Source: Zancudomyces culisetae HAW-14-8
Taxonomy: Eukaryota > Fungi > Kickxellomycota
Assembly (NCBI GenBank): GCA_052426225.1
Contig: JBNJNM010000011.1
Location: forward strand, 3,100,001 to 3,164,000
Length of the DNA stretch: 64,000 nucleotides
Direction of reading: 5' to 3'
Numbering within the stretch: position 1 is the first letter of the stretch; each line of letters opens with the position of its first letter. This document shows, in pieces, positions 21,446 through 31,794 of the stretch. The notes beneath the pieces were generated by a model. The model saw only the letters and a program-made list of their open reading frames with translations. It ran no database searches and was not told where the DNA came from. The translations under genes were made by a program, and so were the position numbers.

Positions 21446-24400
21446 ATGAATGATAAGCGCAGTAGAGAGAATGTCTATGGAAACGAAGGGGGAAGAGGAG
21501 GCGACAATGAGAGGATGAACAACTATGAATTGCTTGAAAGAATTAGACAACAGAGACAACAACAACAACAACAACAACAACAACAGAGTCCTGTCGGGTC
21601 GCTAACGCCACCGCAGCATACACAAAGTAACTCTCAAGGGTATCGCGGAGGAGACGAAAGGGTATTTAACGCCAGGCCGCCACCAATACCAACGCAACTA
21701 TCACAACAAATGCAACAGCCACAAGGGTATGACACGATGGGAGGAAGAAGTGAAGATGCAAGTGCAGTGGGTAGTATAGCTGGTGAAAGGTATCGGCGAT
21801 TAAACCCAAGCGAGGCAGATAGAATATATAACCAGGGACATGGGGGATACGATGAAGGAAGAAGCCAGCAGAGTTATGGGTATAACAATCAACAGCATGA
21901 AATGGATATGTATCAACAAAACCAGCAGAACCAAGGGTACCAAGAGGAGATAGAAATGCATGAAAACACGTATGATGATGGAAGGTATCAATATACCGGG
22001 GGTGATATAGGAGATCATCAGGGGTATTACGAAGGTGATGGGCATTTTGCAAAAAACGAAGAGTATTATGGGAGTGGAATGGGCGAAGAGGGATATTATG
22101 GACAAGGGGACGTTCCCATATTGGGGGGAGGAAAACCACTTCCAGTCCCAATGAGACCAAGGGATGCAGAGAAACGCTCTGAACCAAGTATCCATGATGT
22201 ACAGTTGAGAGTAGCACAACCAGTATCTACACCAGAACTTCAGTCAAATGATCTACTAGAAAAGACGGGAAGAGTGCTGGATCCACGACACATGCCAGAA
22301 GTAGACCCACAATTATCCCAGCTGTATGATATATCTGAAGCACCACCGGTAGATTCACGGCTTTACTCCGCCTATAAAGAACAACGGATGAGACATTTGA
22401 AACAAGTTGAATTGACATCAGGAAATCTAGTTTTGGACTGTCCAGTAGCAGATAAGGTGTTGATGGCGGGAAAATACAAAACAGGGCAAGAGTTCACGCA
22501 CATGAGGTATACTGCATGTACATGTGATCCAAATGAGTTTATGACCGAAAAATATACACTGAGACCAGTAATGTACGGAAGACAGACGGAGATGTTTACA
22601 GTTCTTACAATGTATAACGAAGGGCCAGATCTTTTTGGAAGAACGTTTAAGGCAGTAGTCAAAAATATTACACATTTGCAGACGCGGACACGAAGCAGAA
22701 CATGGGGAGCGGATGCATGGAAAAAGTGTGTAGTATGTGTCGTTGCGGATGGACGTACAAAAGTCAACCGCAAAGTATTAGAAATTCTAGGATGTATGGG
22801 AGTGTACCAAGAGGGGGTAATGCAGAACAGTGTAAGCGGGCGGCCAGTGACAGCACATATCTTTGAATATACAACACAGATATGTATAGATTCTGAAATG
22901 AATTTTCTAGGGCCAGAAAGAGGATATGTTCCCGTGCAAGTGTTGTTCTGTCTTAAAGAAAAAAACGCAAAAAAGATCAACTCACACCGATGGTTCTTCA
23001 ATGCGTTTTCACCACTTTTGCAACCCAACATTTGCGTATTGATTGACGTCGGAACAAAGCCAACTGGGACGTCGATTTATCATTTGTGGAAGGCGTTTGA
23101 CAAGGATGCAAAAGTGGCAGGCGCATGTGGTGAGATTTGTGTTGATACAGGAAACAACAGCTGTGATCTTTGGAATATGCTGGTGGCGGCGCAAAACTTT
23201 GAATACAAGATGTCTAATATTTTGGATAAGCCATTAGAGTCAGTATTAGGATATATCTCGGTGCTTCCAGGAGCGTTTTCGGCATACAGATACAGTGCAC
23301 TGCAAAATTCCGATGCCACATCAGGTCCTCTTCACTCATACTTCAAGGGCGAATTGATGCATTCGGGTGATGGTTCAGCCGGTGGTATCTTTGAGGCAAA
23401 CATGTATTTGGCCGAAGATCGTATTTTGTGTTTCGAATTGGTAACTAAACGCAACTGTAATTATGTGCTCAAGTATGTCAAATCAGCAAAGGCTATGACA
23501 GATGTACCAGACACATTACCTGAGCTGATTTCTCAGCGCCGAAGATGGTTGAACGGATCGTTTTTCGCCATGTTTTATGCAATTGCTCACTGGTATCGTG
23601 TCCTAAACTCCAGCCATCATATTTTCCAACACTTCTTATTCTTCATCGAATTTTTATACCAGGTTGTTAACATGCTGTTCTCCTGGTTCTCGTTGGCCAA
23701 TTTCTACCTGGCGTTTTATTTTTTAGCTCAAAATGTTCAGCTTGCAGACAAGGAAAAAAGGTACAAAAACGATCCGTTTTTCGGTGGAGGAACCGTTGTT
23801 ACCGAAGTCATTCGTATTCTGTATATCATGTCTTTGATGATGATCTTTGTTTTGGCCCTGGGTAATCGACCTCAAGGCTCCAAATTTATCTATGGCTTCG
23901 CCGTCACCCTATTTGCTCTTATTATGATTGTTATGACTTATACAGTTATCTTCTCCATTGTTCGGCAGATTCAATCAACAAACTTCAATGATGGTGCTGT
24001 CTCTCTTATCAAAGACTCATACTTCCGTGATATTGTGATCTCCACCGCTTCTACATATGGTATCTATCTTATATCTTCAATTATATATCTCGAACCTTGG
24101 CACATGGTTACCTCTTTAGTCCAATACTTGTTGTGGATGCCTTCCGCCATCAATATTCTGATGGTATATGCCTTTTGTAACATACACGATGTGTCCTGGG
24201 GAACCAAAGGTGACACCTCTGTATCAAATGATTTGGGTCACGCAAAAGTCTCTACAAAAAAGGATGGTGTTGCTGTGGCCACTGTTAATGTCGCAACCGA
24301 CCAAGCCGACATTAACGCTGTATATGAAACATTTTTATCTAGCCTGCGGCAACCTATTCCAAAAAATGCAGAAAAGGTCAAACGCGATGCTGCTACCAAA

Positions 24401-24652
24401 CGTGACGATGCAAATAAAATGTTCCGTACCAATCTGGTTCTTGTTTGGACTTTTACAAACATTTTACTGGTCTTGATCCTTTCTTCGGCTTGGTTTGCCG
24501 ACCATATCTACGGTTCCGGTTCAGCTACCGCCCAATCCGCAGCTGTTAACCCATACCTTTCATTTATCTTTTGGAGTGTTGCCGCCTTAGCCTTTATCCG
24601 CTTTGTGGGCTCTATCTCTTATATAATTGGCCATTATCTATTTGGTCCCTAA
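21446..24652 (+). CDS. Chitin synthase, division 1 (class I-III type)
   Basis: Motifs TMYNE, DGR, KKINSHRWFF, LIDVGT, QNFEYKMSNILDKPLES, VLPGAFSAYR, LAEDRIL, QRRRW and HDVSWGTKG, plus C-terminal TM helices. Confidence 0.97.
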   Translation: MNDKRSRENVYGNEGGRGGDNERMNNYELLERIRQQRQQQQQQQQQQSPVGSLTPPQHTQSNSQGYRGGDERVFNARPPPIPTQLSQQMQQPQGYDTMGGRSEDASAVGSIAGERYRRLNPSEADRIYNQGHGGYDEGRSQQSYGYNNQQHEMDMYQQNQQNQGYQEEIEMHENTYDDGRYQYTGGDIGDHQGYYEGDGHFAKNEEYYGSGMGEEGYYGQGDVPILGGGKPLPVPMRPRDAEKRSEPSIHDVQLRVAQPVSTPELQSNDLLEKTGRVLDPRHMPEVDPQLSQLYDISEAPPVDSRLYSAYKEQRMRHLKQVELTSGNLVLDCPVADKVLMAGKYKTGQEFTHMRYTACTCDPNEFMTEKYTLRPVMYGRQTEMFTVLTMYNEGPDLFGRTFKAVVKNITHLQTRTRSRTWGADAWKKCVVCVVADGRTKVNRKVLEILGCMGVYQEGVMQNSVSGRPVTAHIFEYTTQICIDSEMNFLGPERGYVPVQVLFCLKEKNAKKINSHRWFFNAFSPLLQPNICVLIDVGTKPTGTSIYHLWKAFDKDAKVAGACGEICVDTGNNSCDLWNMLVAAQNFEYKMSNILDKPLESVLGYISVLPGAFSAYRYSALQNSDATSGPLHSYFKGELMHSGDGSAGGIFEANMYLAEDRILCFELVTKRNCNYVLKYVKSAKAMTDVPDTLPELISQRRRWLNGSFFAMFYAIAHWYRVLNSSHHIFQHFLFFIEFLYQVVNMLFSWFSLANFYLAFYFLAQNVQLADKEKRYKNDPFFGGGTVVTEVIRILYIMSLMMIFVLALGNRPQGSKFIYGFAVTLFALIMIVMTYTVIFSIVRQIQSTNFNDGAVSLIKDSYFRDIVISTASTYGIYLISSIIYLEPWHMVTSLVQYLLWMPSAINILMVYAFCNIHDVSWGTKGDTSVSNDLGHAKVSTKKDGVAVATVNVATDQADINAVYETFLSSLRQPIPKNAEKVKRDAATKRDDANKMFRTNLVLVWTFTNILLVLILSSAWFADHIYGSGSATAQSAAVNPYLSFIFWSVAALAFIRFVGSISYIIGHYLFGP
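21557..21586 (+). repeat. Coding (CAA)9CAG microsatellite (polyQ) in chitin synthase
   Basis: caa x9 followed by cag, encoding Q10. Confidence 0.95.
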
Positions 24653-26537
24653 ACTTTATGACTATCTTTTCACATTTTCTACCTTGATCATTTCACTTTT
24701 AGGTTTAGTTGGTAAAAACATTGACTGTTTTTTTTTTTCTACATGAAGCATACTTTATTACAATTTTTATTATTATTTGTGTGTTTCGTTATTAATACCA
24801 GAGTTGCTCAAAAATGCCAAATGATGATGTGTGATAGTAGGAAGAGGAAGGAAAGACAGATGGATGGGATAGTATATCGTCAATTCAATTCTCAGTCAGT
24901 TTTATTTTTTATCATTTATTTCTACTTGACTGTCTGCATCCTCAAAAACAACTTGACTACATATCCCCATCTTCATAAACTAGCATTCGCGCAACTGCGA
25001 TGTGTGTGTATGTGTGTTTTTTTTTTTTTCAAAAGGTCAGGGGAGCACACATCATTCAATGATGGTATGGTGACAGTAAACTTTTACTCCTTCACCTCCC
25101 CTTTTTTTCACCCGTCTTCTTTATCCTAGTTCTATCTGTATGTCACCCGTTTGAGCAACTACAGGCTCGGATACTCAATAAACTAGAGAAAATGAAGAAA
25201 ATAATGACACTCCACCCATAACTGCGGGAAAAAGCTGCTGACCTTTTTTTTTTTTACCTTACCACTTCACAAATGCAATAACTCATTCTCCCTTTTATGT
25301 TTTAACATCGATTAGTGGAACTATGTCATTATTTATTTACCCATTTATTTGTTGATAGTTTCGTTTAGCAACCACTGGTCGCTATTTTTGGGCTGGGATT
25401 GAAGGGAATTGAATAATGTATGTTATGAAATTAAGCACTAGTTGCATTCGTTTCGCTTTAACTTGCATAAATGTTTGTATAAACAAAACGGATGAGCGAA
25501 TAAAAGCATCAGTGTGTTATGGAAAACCTTACTTGTAATTGGACTCTGGTATCTGGCCTCTGGCCCCTTCTCCCGTTTATTAGCCCTTTTTTCTTGCTAC
25601 GCTTACCCATCTTCATCATTTCCTTTCCCTCTCCCTTTCCCTTTTTTCGATTTTGGTTCAGATTCTCCTTGTACTCGTTCTAGGGCTTAGCAAACAAAAA
25701 AAGGAAAAAGAGAAAAGAAAAAAAGGAATTATACTTTGTGTATTGTATATTGTAATACCACCAATCCAATTTGCGAAGTAGCCGCAAAACAAAAAAAACA
25801 AGTTCAAATTGACAGAAATCTCACTCCCACCCCACCCCCAAGAGCTCCATTACCAGCGATTAACATTTAAAGTTTGCATTGCAAAAGAAAAAGAACCGGG
25901 AAAAGTGGTTATTTGCAAGCTATTCTCTTTCTCCACAAAATGAATAATAGAACACCAAGTGTTTGTGTCATCCTATTCATTTAGTGGGTTCCAAAGCACT
26001 ATTCGCATGTTTTTTTTTATACCATGGTTGAGGGTGAGGGAGAAAGGAAGAGAGGCTTTTTAGATTTTTTTAGATTTTTGTATGTCTACAAATTGTATTT
26101 GTAAAAGCACAGCGAATAAAAGCATGCTGACTCTGACTTGACAAAACAAACCCACAAACTCCTTTATTGATTTCATCTACAATTTAGAAGAGTTTTAGAT
26201 ATTTACGTTACTTTGCTTGATTTTGTTACACATAATCTTCACTTTCTATTAAAGAATATCGATGGAACGATGTTAAGAGAAAAGAAATACTTGGGAAAAT
26301 AGAAAAATAAAAATAAAAGTCACTAATACTTTTGTTGTTGACAGAACAGATAACATATTGGTATCCCGTATCGGCTCATAGCTGTGTTACAGTGCAAATT
26401 TTATAGATAATATTGAATAGAACAAATACTTTACAGTCTATCACTTGGCATAGCGCATATCATTACAAGTTTTCTTTTGTATTTAACACGTCGTTTTCTA
26501 TCAGTAAACGAGAGGAACACATATATTATACGAAGTA

Positions 26538-29500
26538 ATGAGCGTTAAAATGCCGGCTTTGAACTCATCAAACCTCAATATTGTGGACCTGGACGCTGTG
26601 CGGCGCCTCTGCTACAAAGGTAATTTGCCAATAATATTAGAATTATCGCTAGGTTTTGCAATGCTCTTATCTATTGTAAATGTGTGGTATACCCTCCAGA
26701 TTGGTATACAAGCCTTTCCCCCCTCTCTCCTTACTTTTTTTGATCAAAAAAGTATAGGATTTTATTATCAATGTTTGGTCATGGCCTATTTGCTGTACCA
26801 TTGCTTGTACGTATAGAGAGACAGTATTTAGTACAAGTAGATAAAGTACTATGAAGGTTTTGATTTACACAGTGAAATATCACGACTTGGTGTTTTGTTC
26901 AAGCTTGATTCTGTTTTTGAGTCTATGTATAGAAATATATCGATTTTATCCTAAATTATATTTTATTAGGTATTGAAGGAAAAGGTAACATTCGGTCAGT
27001 ATGTTGGAGAGTAAGTTTTCTGTTTTAGCTTTGTGATAATAAGGATACATAGTATTTTGTTTTTTGTTTTTGATTGCTAGGAGTACAAAATCCACTAAAG
27101 AAAAAGCGCTCCACTACAAGTAACCTTAACTATGTGAATTAGATATTATTGGGATATTTGCCTGTGGATAAAAGAGAATGGAAAGTTGAACTGAACAGAA
27201 ACCGGAGTTTCTACTATGTAAGTTTGATATGTGTATTTTTCTACTCCGAGCTTATGCTCGAGCATACAAGATCAAGTGTATCTTTTAAGCGATAACCAAT
27301 TCAAACCATAATAAACCAGTTATTCAATTTCATATTATAGGGATTCATAAAAGAGCTTTATGATGTTCAACACAGTCATGGCACTACTGAGAAAAATCAT
27401 AGGGGCAGCGAAGATAACCGAACTTTGGTGGACGGAAAAGACGTTGAAGCAATAGTAAGTAAACTTTAATCAGCTTTCATTTATTTTACTTTTTTTGTAT
27501 CCTTTTTCCTGATTCCAAACATCCCCTTCGTTAGATTTTGGCGATATCTTCACCAATATATACATCAGCCTAATGCATATTTTGGCAGAGTTTACAATAC
27601 GATAATAAACAATACCGTTTTACTAGGCAAACAAAAAGAGGTATGAGAGCAAAATACTCATCCAGATACTGAGGGATGTGAAACGTACGCTACCACGCGA
27701 CGATTTCTTGCAAAACAGGCTTTCTGAAGAGAGGAGTAAAGAAAAATGTATGGATAGCGATGAAGATGGAGGCAGCACAAGCAGTAGCAGAAGCGGAAGC
27801 GTAGAGATTTTTGATTCTATTGAAGAGTTTCATGACAGTTTAGGATTTAAACTCAAAGGTAAGCTGATACAACAAACCTAGTATCTTGTGCTTTATTCCA
27901 CACAAAATATACCTTATATTTTCTTTATGCTTGTTTTTACTATTTATAAAAAAAAATGGTATGAAATAGAAAACCAAAAGATTGGAAGGATGGCTAACTC
28001 TTCAAGCCTTATGACAGATTTAAAGTGTTTTGCATTCTACGAAAAATACTTGAACTTGGCAGATGGAGAATCGTTTCACATAGCTGACGCGTTTATCGAA
28101 ACACCACCCCAAACCCACATGGACATTGTAGCTCGGATATTATATATATACGCAATACTGAACAAAGGCGTAGGGTATATACAGGGAATGAACGAAATGA
28201 TTATTCCGTTTTATTATGTGTTATATACGCAGGCCCCGACAGTGGACGATAAAGCAGCAGCAGAGGCTGACGCATTCTTTCTGCTTTTTAAAATATTAAG
28301 CGGGCAGACACTTAATAATTTTATTGGAGAGATGGATGAAACGGCTGATGATGATATTGGGAAGGAAAAGGCAGAAATCCGCAACATGAAGGGCCATGTT
28401 AATTATGGAATGTCAATATATGGTAATGGTAGTGGACCTGAATCATCCCCAGATTCAGATACGCTCACAAGCATACAAGATGGTATAGCAAACAAAATTG
28501 CAATGCTTTTTGGCACAAACAAGGAGGATGGGAAGGATGTTGAAAGTCTAAGCAAGGAATCAGGTGGCATTCAGAGACAACTAAATAGGTGGTGGAATGA
28601 AGTTGTATCTAAAGTTGATCCAAGACTCTGGAGGCACATGAGGTATTTGGGGTACAAACCAGAGGATTTTGCATTGAGATGGATGCTTGTGTGGTGCGCT
28701 AGAGAGTTTCCTCTAGACGAAGTCATAAAACTATGGGACAGTCTAATTGCAGAAAAGTCATTTGAAATTGTAAAAAAGAATACTGAAATCAAGAAAGAGG
28801 CTGAGGCTCCTTCAGAAATAAAGGGTATGGTGGAGCAGCAAGAAGGAAATAAAACCAAAAACGAGGTAAAAAGTGAAGATAGTGGTGCTAGTGGCATGAG
28901 AAACCCAAATACAAGCTCTCAGGCACAGATTTCCCAGGATAACAGACCAAACAGGTTAGTAAGGAAGGGTGACGCTGGAGGAGGAGGGGGAGGAAGAGGA
29001 GGTGGAGGTGGTGGTATGTTCTCGTTTATGAGTTTTATGAACATTCAAAGCATGATGTACACTGACGCTTCGGCATCCGCTAGACCAAAGCCAAAAGAAA
29101 ATGTACAGTACATTGTCAAGGATATCGATTTGCGAAAGTCGCGTAGGGAAAGCCTAGATAAAAACGTGATAATTGTCAAAAATCTGGATGATTTTAGCAA
29201 ATCCCAGGAGATAATTGTTAAGCCTCTCGCTACTGAAAATAACACAATAACCAACGAGAACGGTATTAATAAAGAGGGTCTAGGAAAAGGGGCCAGTAAC
29301 GAGATTCGGTTGAAGGATGGACCAAGCTTTTTGATGTACTTTATCACCGCAATGCTCGTGGTACTAAGAGAGCCAATTCTAAAATCGGATTTTTCAGGTG
29401 GGATGTTAGCATTACAAACCTTCAGCCAAGAAAATACGACTATTATCATAGAGGATTTACTCAATGTCGCGAACCAAATCAAAAACATATTTGCGAGATA

Positions 29501-30002
29501 CAGTGGATCCCTACCAGCAAGTGGTGTTATTAATGAACTAGCTCTGCCAAAAATAGACTTGGGTTTGGAAGAACATGACTATTCAACACAACCAGATGTA
29601 AACGCTGACAATGAGCGCATGCATTTCTATGATACTGATCAAAATACTGATACCACGACTAATGTGAACACCAAAAACTATGATGATGGGGTTTCCAGCA
29701 AAGACATACACGTAAGCGATAATGATACTGAGAAAAATGGTAAAGAAGAGAATATGGATGGCCGTGGTAGCGAAATCTCGCTAACCCAATTTGCCGAACA
29801 CAATAAAAACCATGTGCTTGAAGAGGAGTTGAATGGTGCTGACCCCACAACACCAGTGGATCCACCATCTTTAGACAAACAGTATTCAATATCGTTACCC
29901 AAATCCGAAGAAAAACGTGGCGGATCTACCGATAATGTTAATTACCAAAAAAGCATCGAAGATTCATCCACGATTATTATATCAAACTCCCCACTCTGGT
30001 AA
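26538..30002 (+). CDS. TBC-domain Rab GTPase-activating protein (TBC1D13-like); 6 exons
   Basis: Exons 26538-26619, 26970-27010, 27143-27217, 27341-27454, 27627-27858, 27970-30002 with consistent phases. Motifs IRSVCWR|ILLGYLP, R-finger ILRDVKRT, Q-finger YIQGMNE, FALRW...REFPLDEVIKLWDSL. Start codon uncertain. Confidence 0.88.
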
Positions 30003-30346
30003 CCAGCAACTACTCTAGATTTGTACTATCCTAACAAAGAGTAGGAATAGCCTAATCACTCAACAGTCCGTAAACAACAATAATTATTATAGCACCCCTC
30101 CCCTCTTTCTAACATTACTATTGTGATTATCTTGTATTTTTTTTGTATTAACGTTTCTATTAATTTTATAGCTGACATATATTATAAAAGCGATTATAAA
30201 ACAAGAAAAACATAAGGAAATATAGAAAAAAAGAAAAAAAGAAAACTGATTCTACATCATAGATTACAAGCAAAGAAATTTTTTTTTGAAGCTGCTCATA
30301 CTATGTACTTTGACATTTATAAGAAAGATGATGATGGCCATGAAGC

Positions 30347-30931
30347 TCAACGCCTGCTCTTTCTCAGCTCCCTGATAGTCAATCTTTGTGCTTCATATAA
30401 CTCGTCTTCAAGACCTCTACTCGGACTTCGCAGATGCATAAAATTACAAAATCCACCACGGTTACATTCTGAGTTTTCGTACTGTCGACAACACGCCTCT
30501 CTAAAATCGGCAACAGGCGACAGCTCGGCCCATAGCGGTCGCTGATTGTAATATCGATTGTTTAGGCCATCCACACATTTGGAGGCGTCTTCCTCGTAGT
30601 TAAACATTGCGTACACATTCCCTACCAGATGATCGCCAACATTGTCGCAGACCTTCAGGTCAATAATCTCGCCGTATTTTGCCAATTCCAAAAACATATC
30701 CTCAAAAAACATGTCAAAATTCTGTTGCACCTCATCCGGTGTTAAAAGACAATTGGGCAAATGAGCGGGATTCTGGTATACATTAGATATCAGCACTGTT
30801 CGTGAATACGTAGGTTTTACATGTTTCCGAGAACATCTGTCGCCATGTCTACAGGCTCCGATTTTAAAATAAAAGGAGCAATTCACCTTGTCTTTCTCTG
30901 TCCCGTATATTGAAGCTAGATATTCCGCCAT
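30347..30931 (-). CDS. U2AF1: Splicing factor U2AF small subunit (U2AF35/U2AF23)
   Basis: MAEYLASIYGTEKDKVNCSFYFKIGACRHGDRCSR, UHM/RRM domain, second zinc finger ACCRQYE...CNRGGFCNFMH. ATG at 30931. No RS tail. Confidence 0.97.
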   Translation of the reverse strand: MAEYLASIYGTEKDKVNCSFYFKIGACRHGDRCSRKHVKPTYSRTVLISNVYQNPAHLPNCLLTPDEVQQNFDMFFEDMFLELAKYGEIIDLKVCDNVGDHLVGNVYAMFNYEEDASKCVDGLNNRYYNQRPLWAELSPVADFREACCRQYENSECNRGGFCNFMHLRSPSRGLEDELYEAQRLTIRELRKSRR

Positions 30932-31794
30932 TATCCTTCGATTTATTTCCAAGATTTAGTTGGAGAATAATTACTCAATTGGAGCTTTATAATTATCTTT
31001 TTTATAATTATCTTTTATTTTTGTTCTGCTAATGAACGAAATATCAACCAAATATGTATCTAATTTTTTTATTCGCATAAAAAGGTTTCTATATTTTTGA
31101 GTAAAATTTTTTGGAATTATTAAAACAGTGAATTTCAGACTTAAAAACAGCCTGTAGCGCTAGTTTGTTAATAAAAAGAAGCATATACACAAATTGCTTT
31201 TGATAATGATTATTAATAAGGGAGAAAGTGCACCAAAGAAAATGGTGTCACAAGGTTGGTGGGGGTGAGCGGTTTTAGATTTGGTTTGAATTCTCCTACA
31301 ACAGATTCCACGTATTTGCGAGGATGAGTAGGCTGCTAGTGCATATCAGAAGATGTCAGCCGCTAAACCGGTATGCATCCGCTACCAAGTACATGTACAC
31401 AATTTGTTAGTCTGCGTTGACGTGTGCAAGTGTTTTTATTGTATTGTGGTAGTGCATTCTTAACATGGGACAGACAAGCTCAAAATCAAAATCAAAATCA
31501 AATGAAAAAATAATTTACTTTTTCTCCAAGTCAAGTGGCCATACACGTAGTGAAATCAACTGTTTTTCTGGTATCTAGCTGGTGAGCGCCATGAAATATG
31601 GCTTTTTTTTTCTCCAAATCTTGTGTTTGTGTGTGTTTGTTTGGAAATTCAAAAAGTAAATAATAGCAACCAATTATTTCTCAAGTTTACAGGAGCGAAA
31701 AATGGATTTAAAGCAGGTTGGTTGATCAGCCATGAAGTATTTCTCCTTTAATAACAAAAGTGATAGAATTCAAGCGAGAATGAAATGAAGAAAT

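Noticed and set aside
15813-25668. Identical 14-mer GGTTCAGATTCTCC at 15813 and 25655 (B-box-like)
   Set aside because: Only two short copies with no flanking similarity, compatible with chance.
27268-27283. AAGATCAAGTGTA resembling U2 snRNA, next to the palindrome TATGCTCGAGCATA in TBC intron 3
   Set aside because: Only ~13 nt match. The U2 5' stem and the full GTAGTA branch-pairing sequence are absent.
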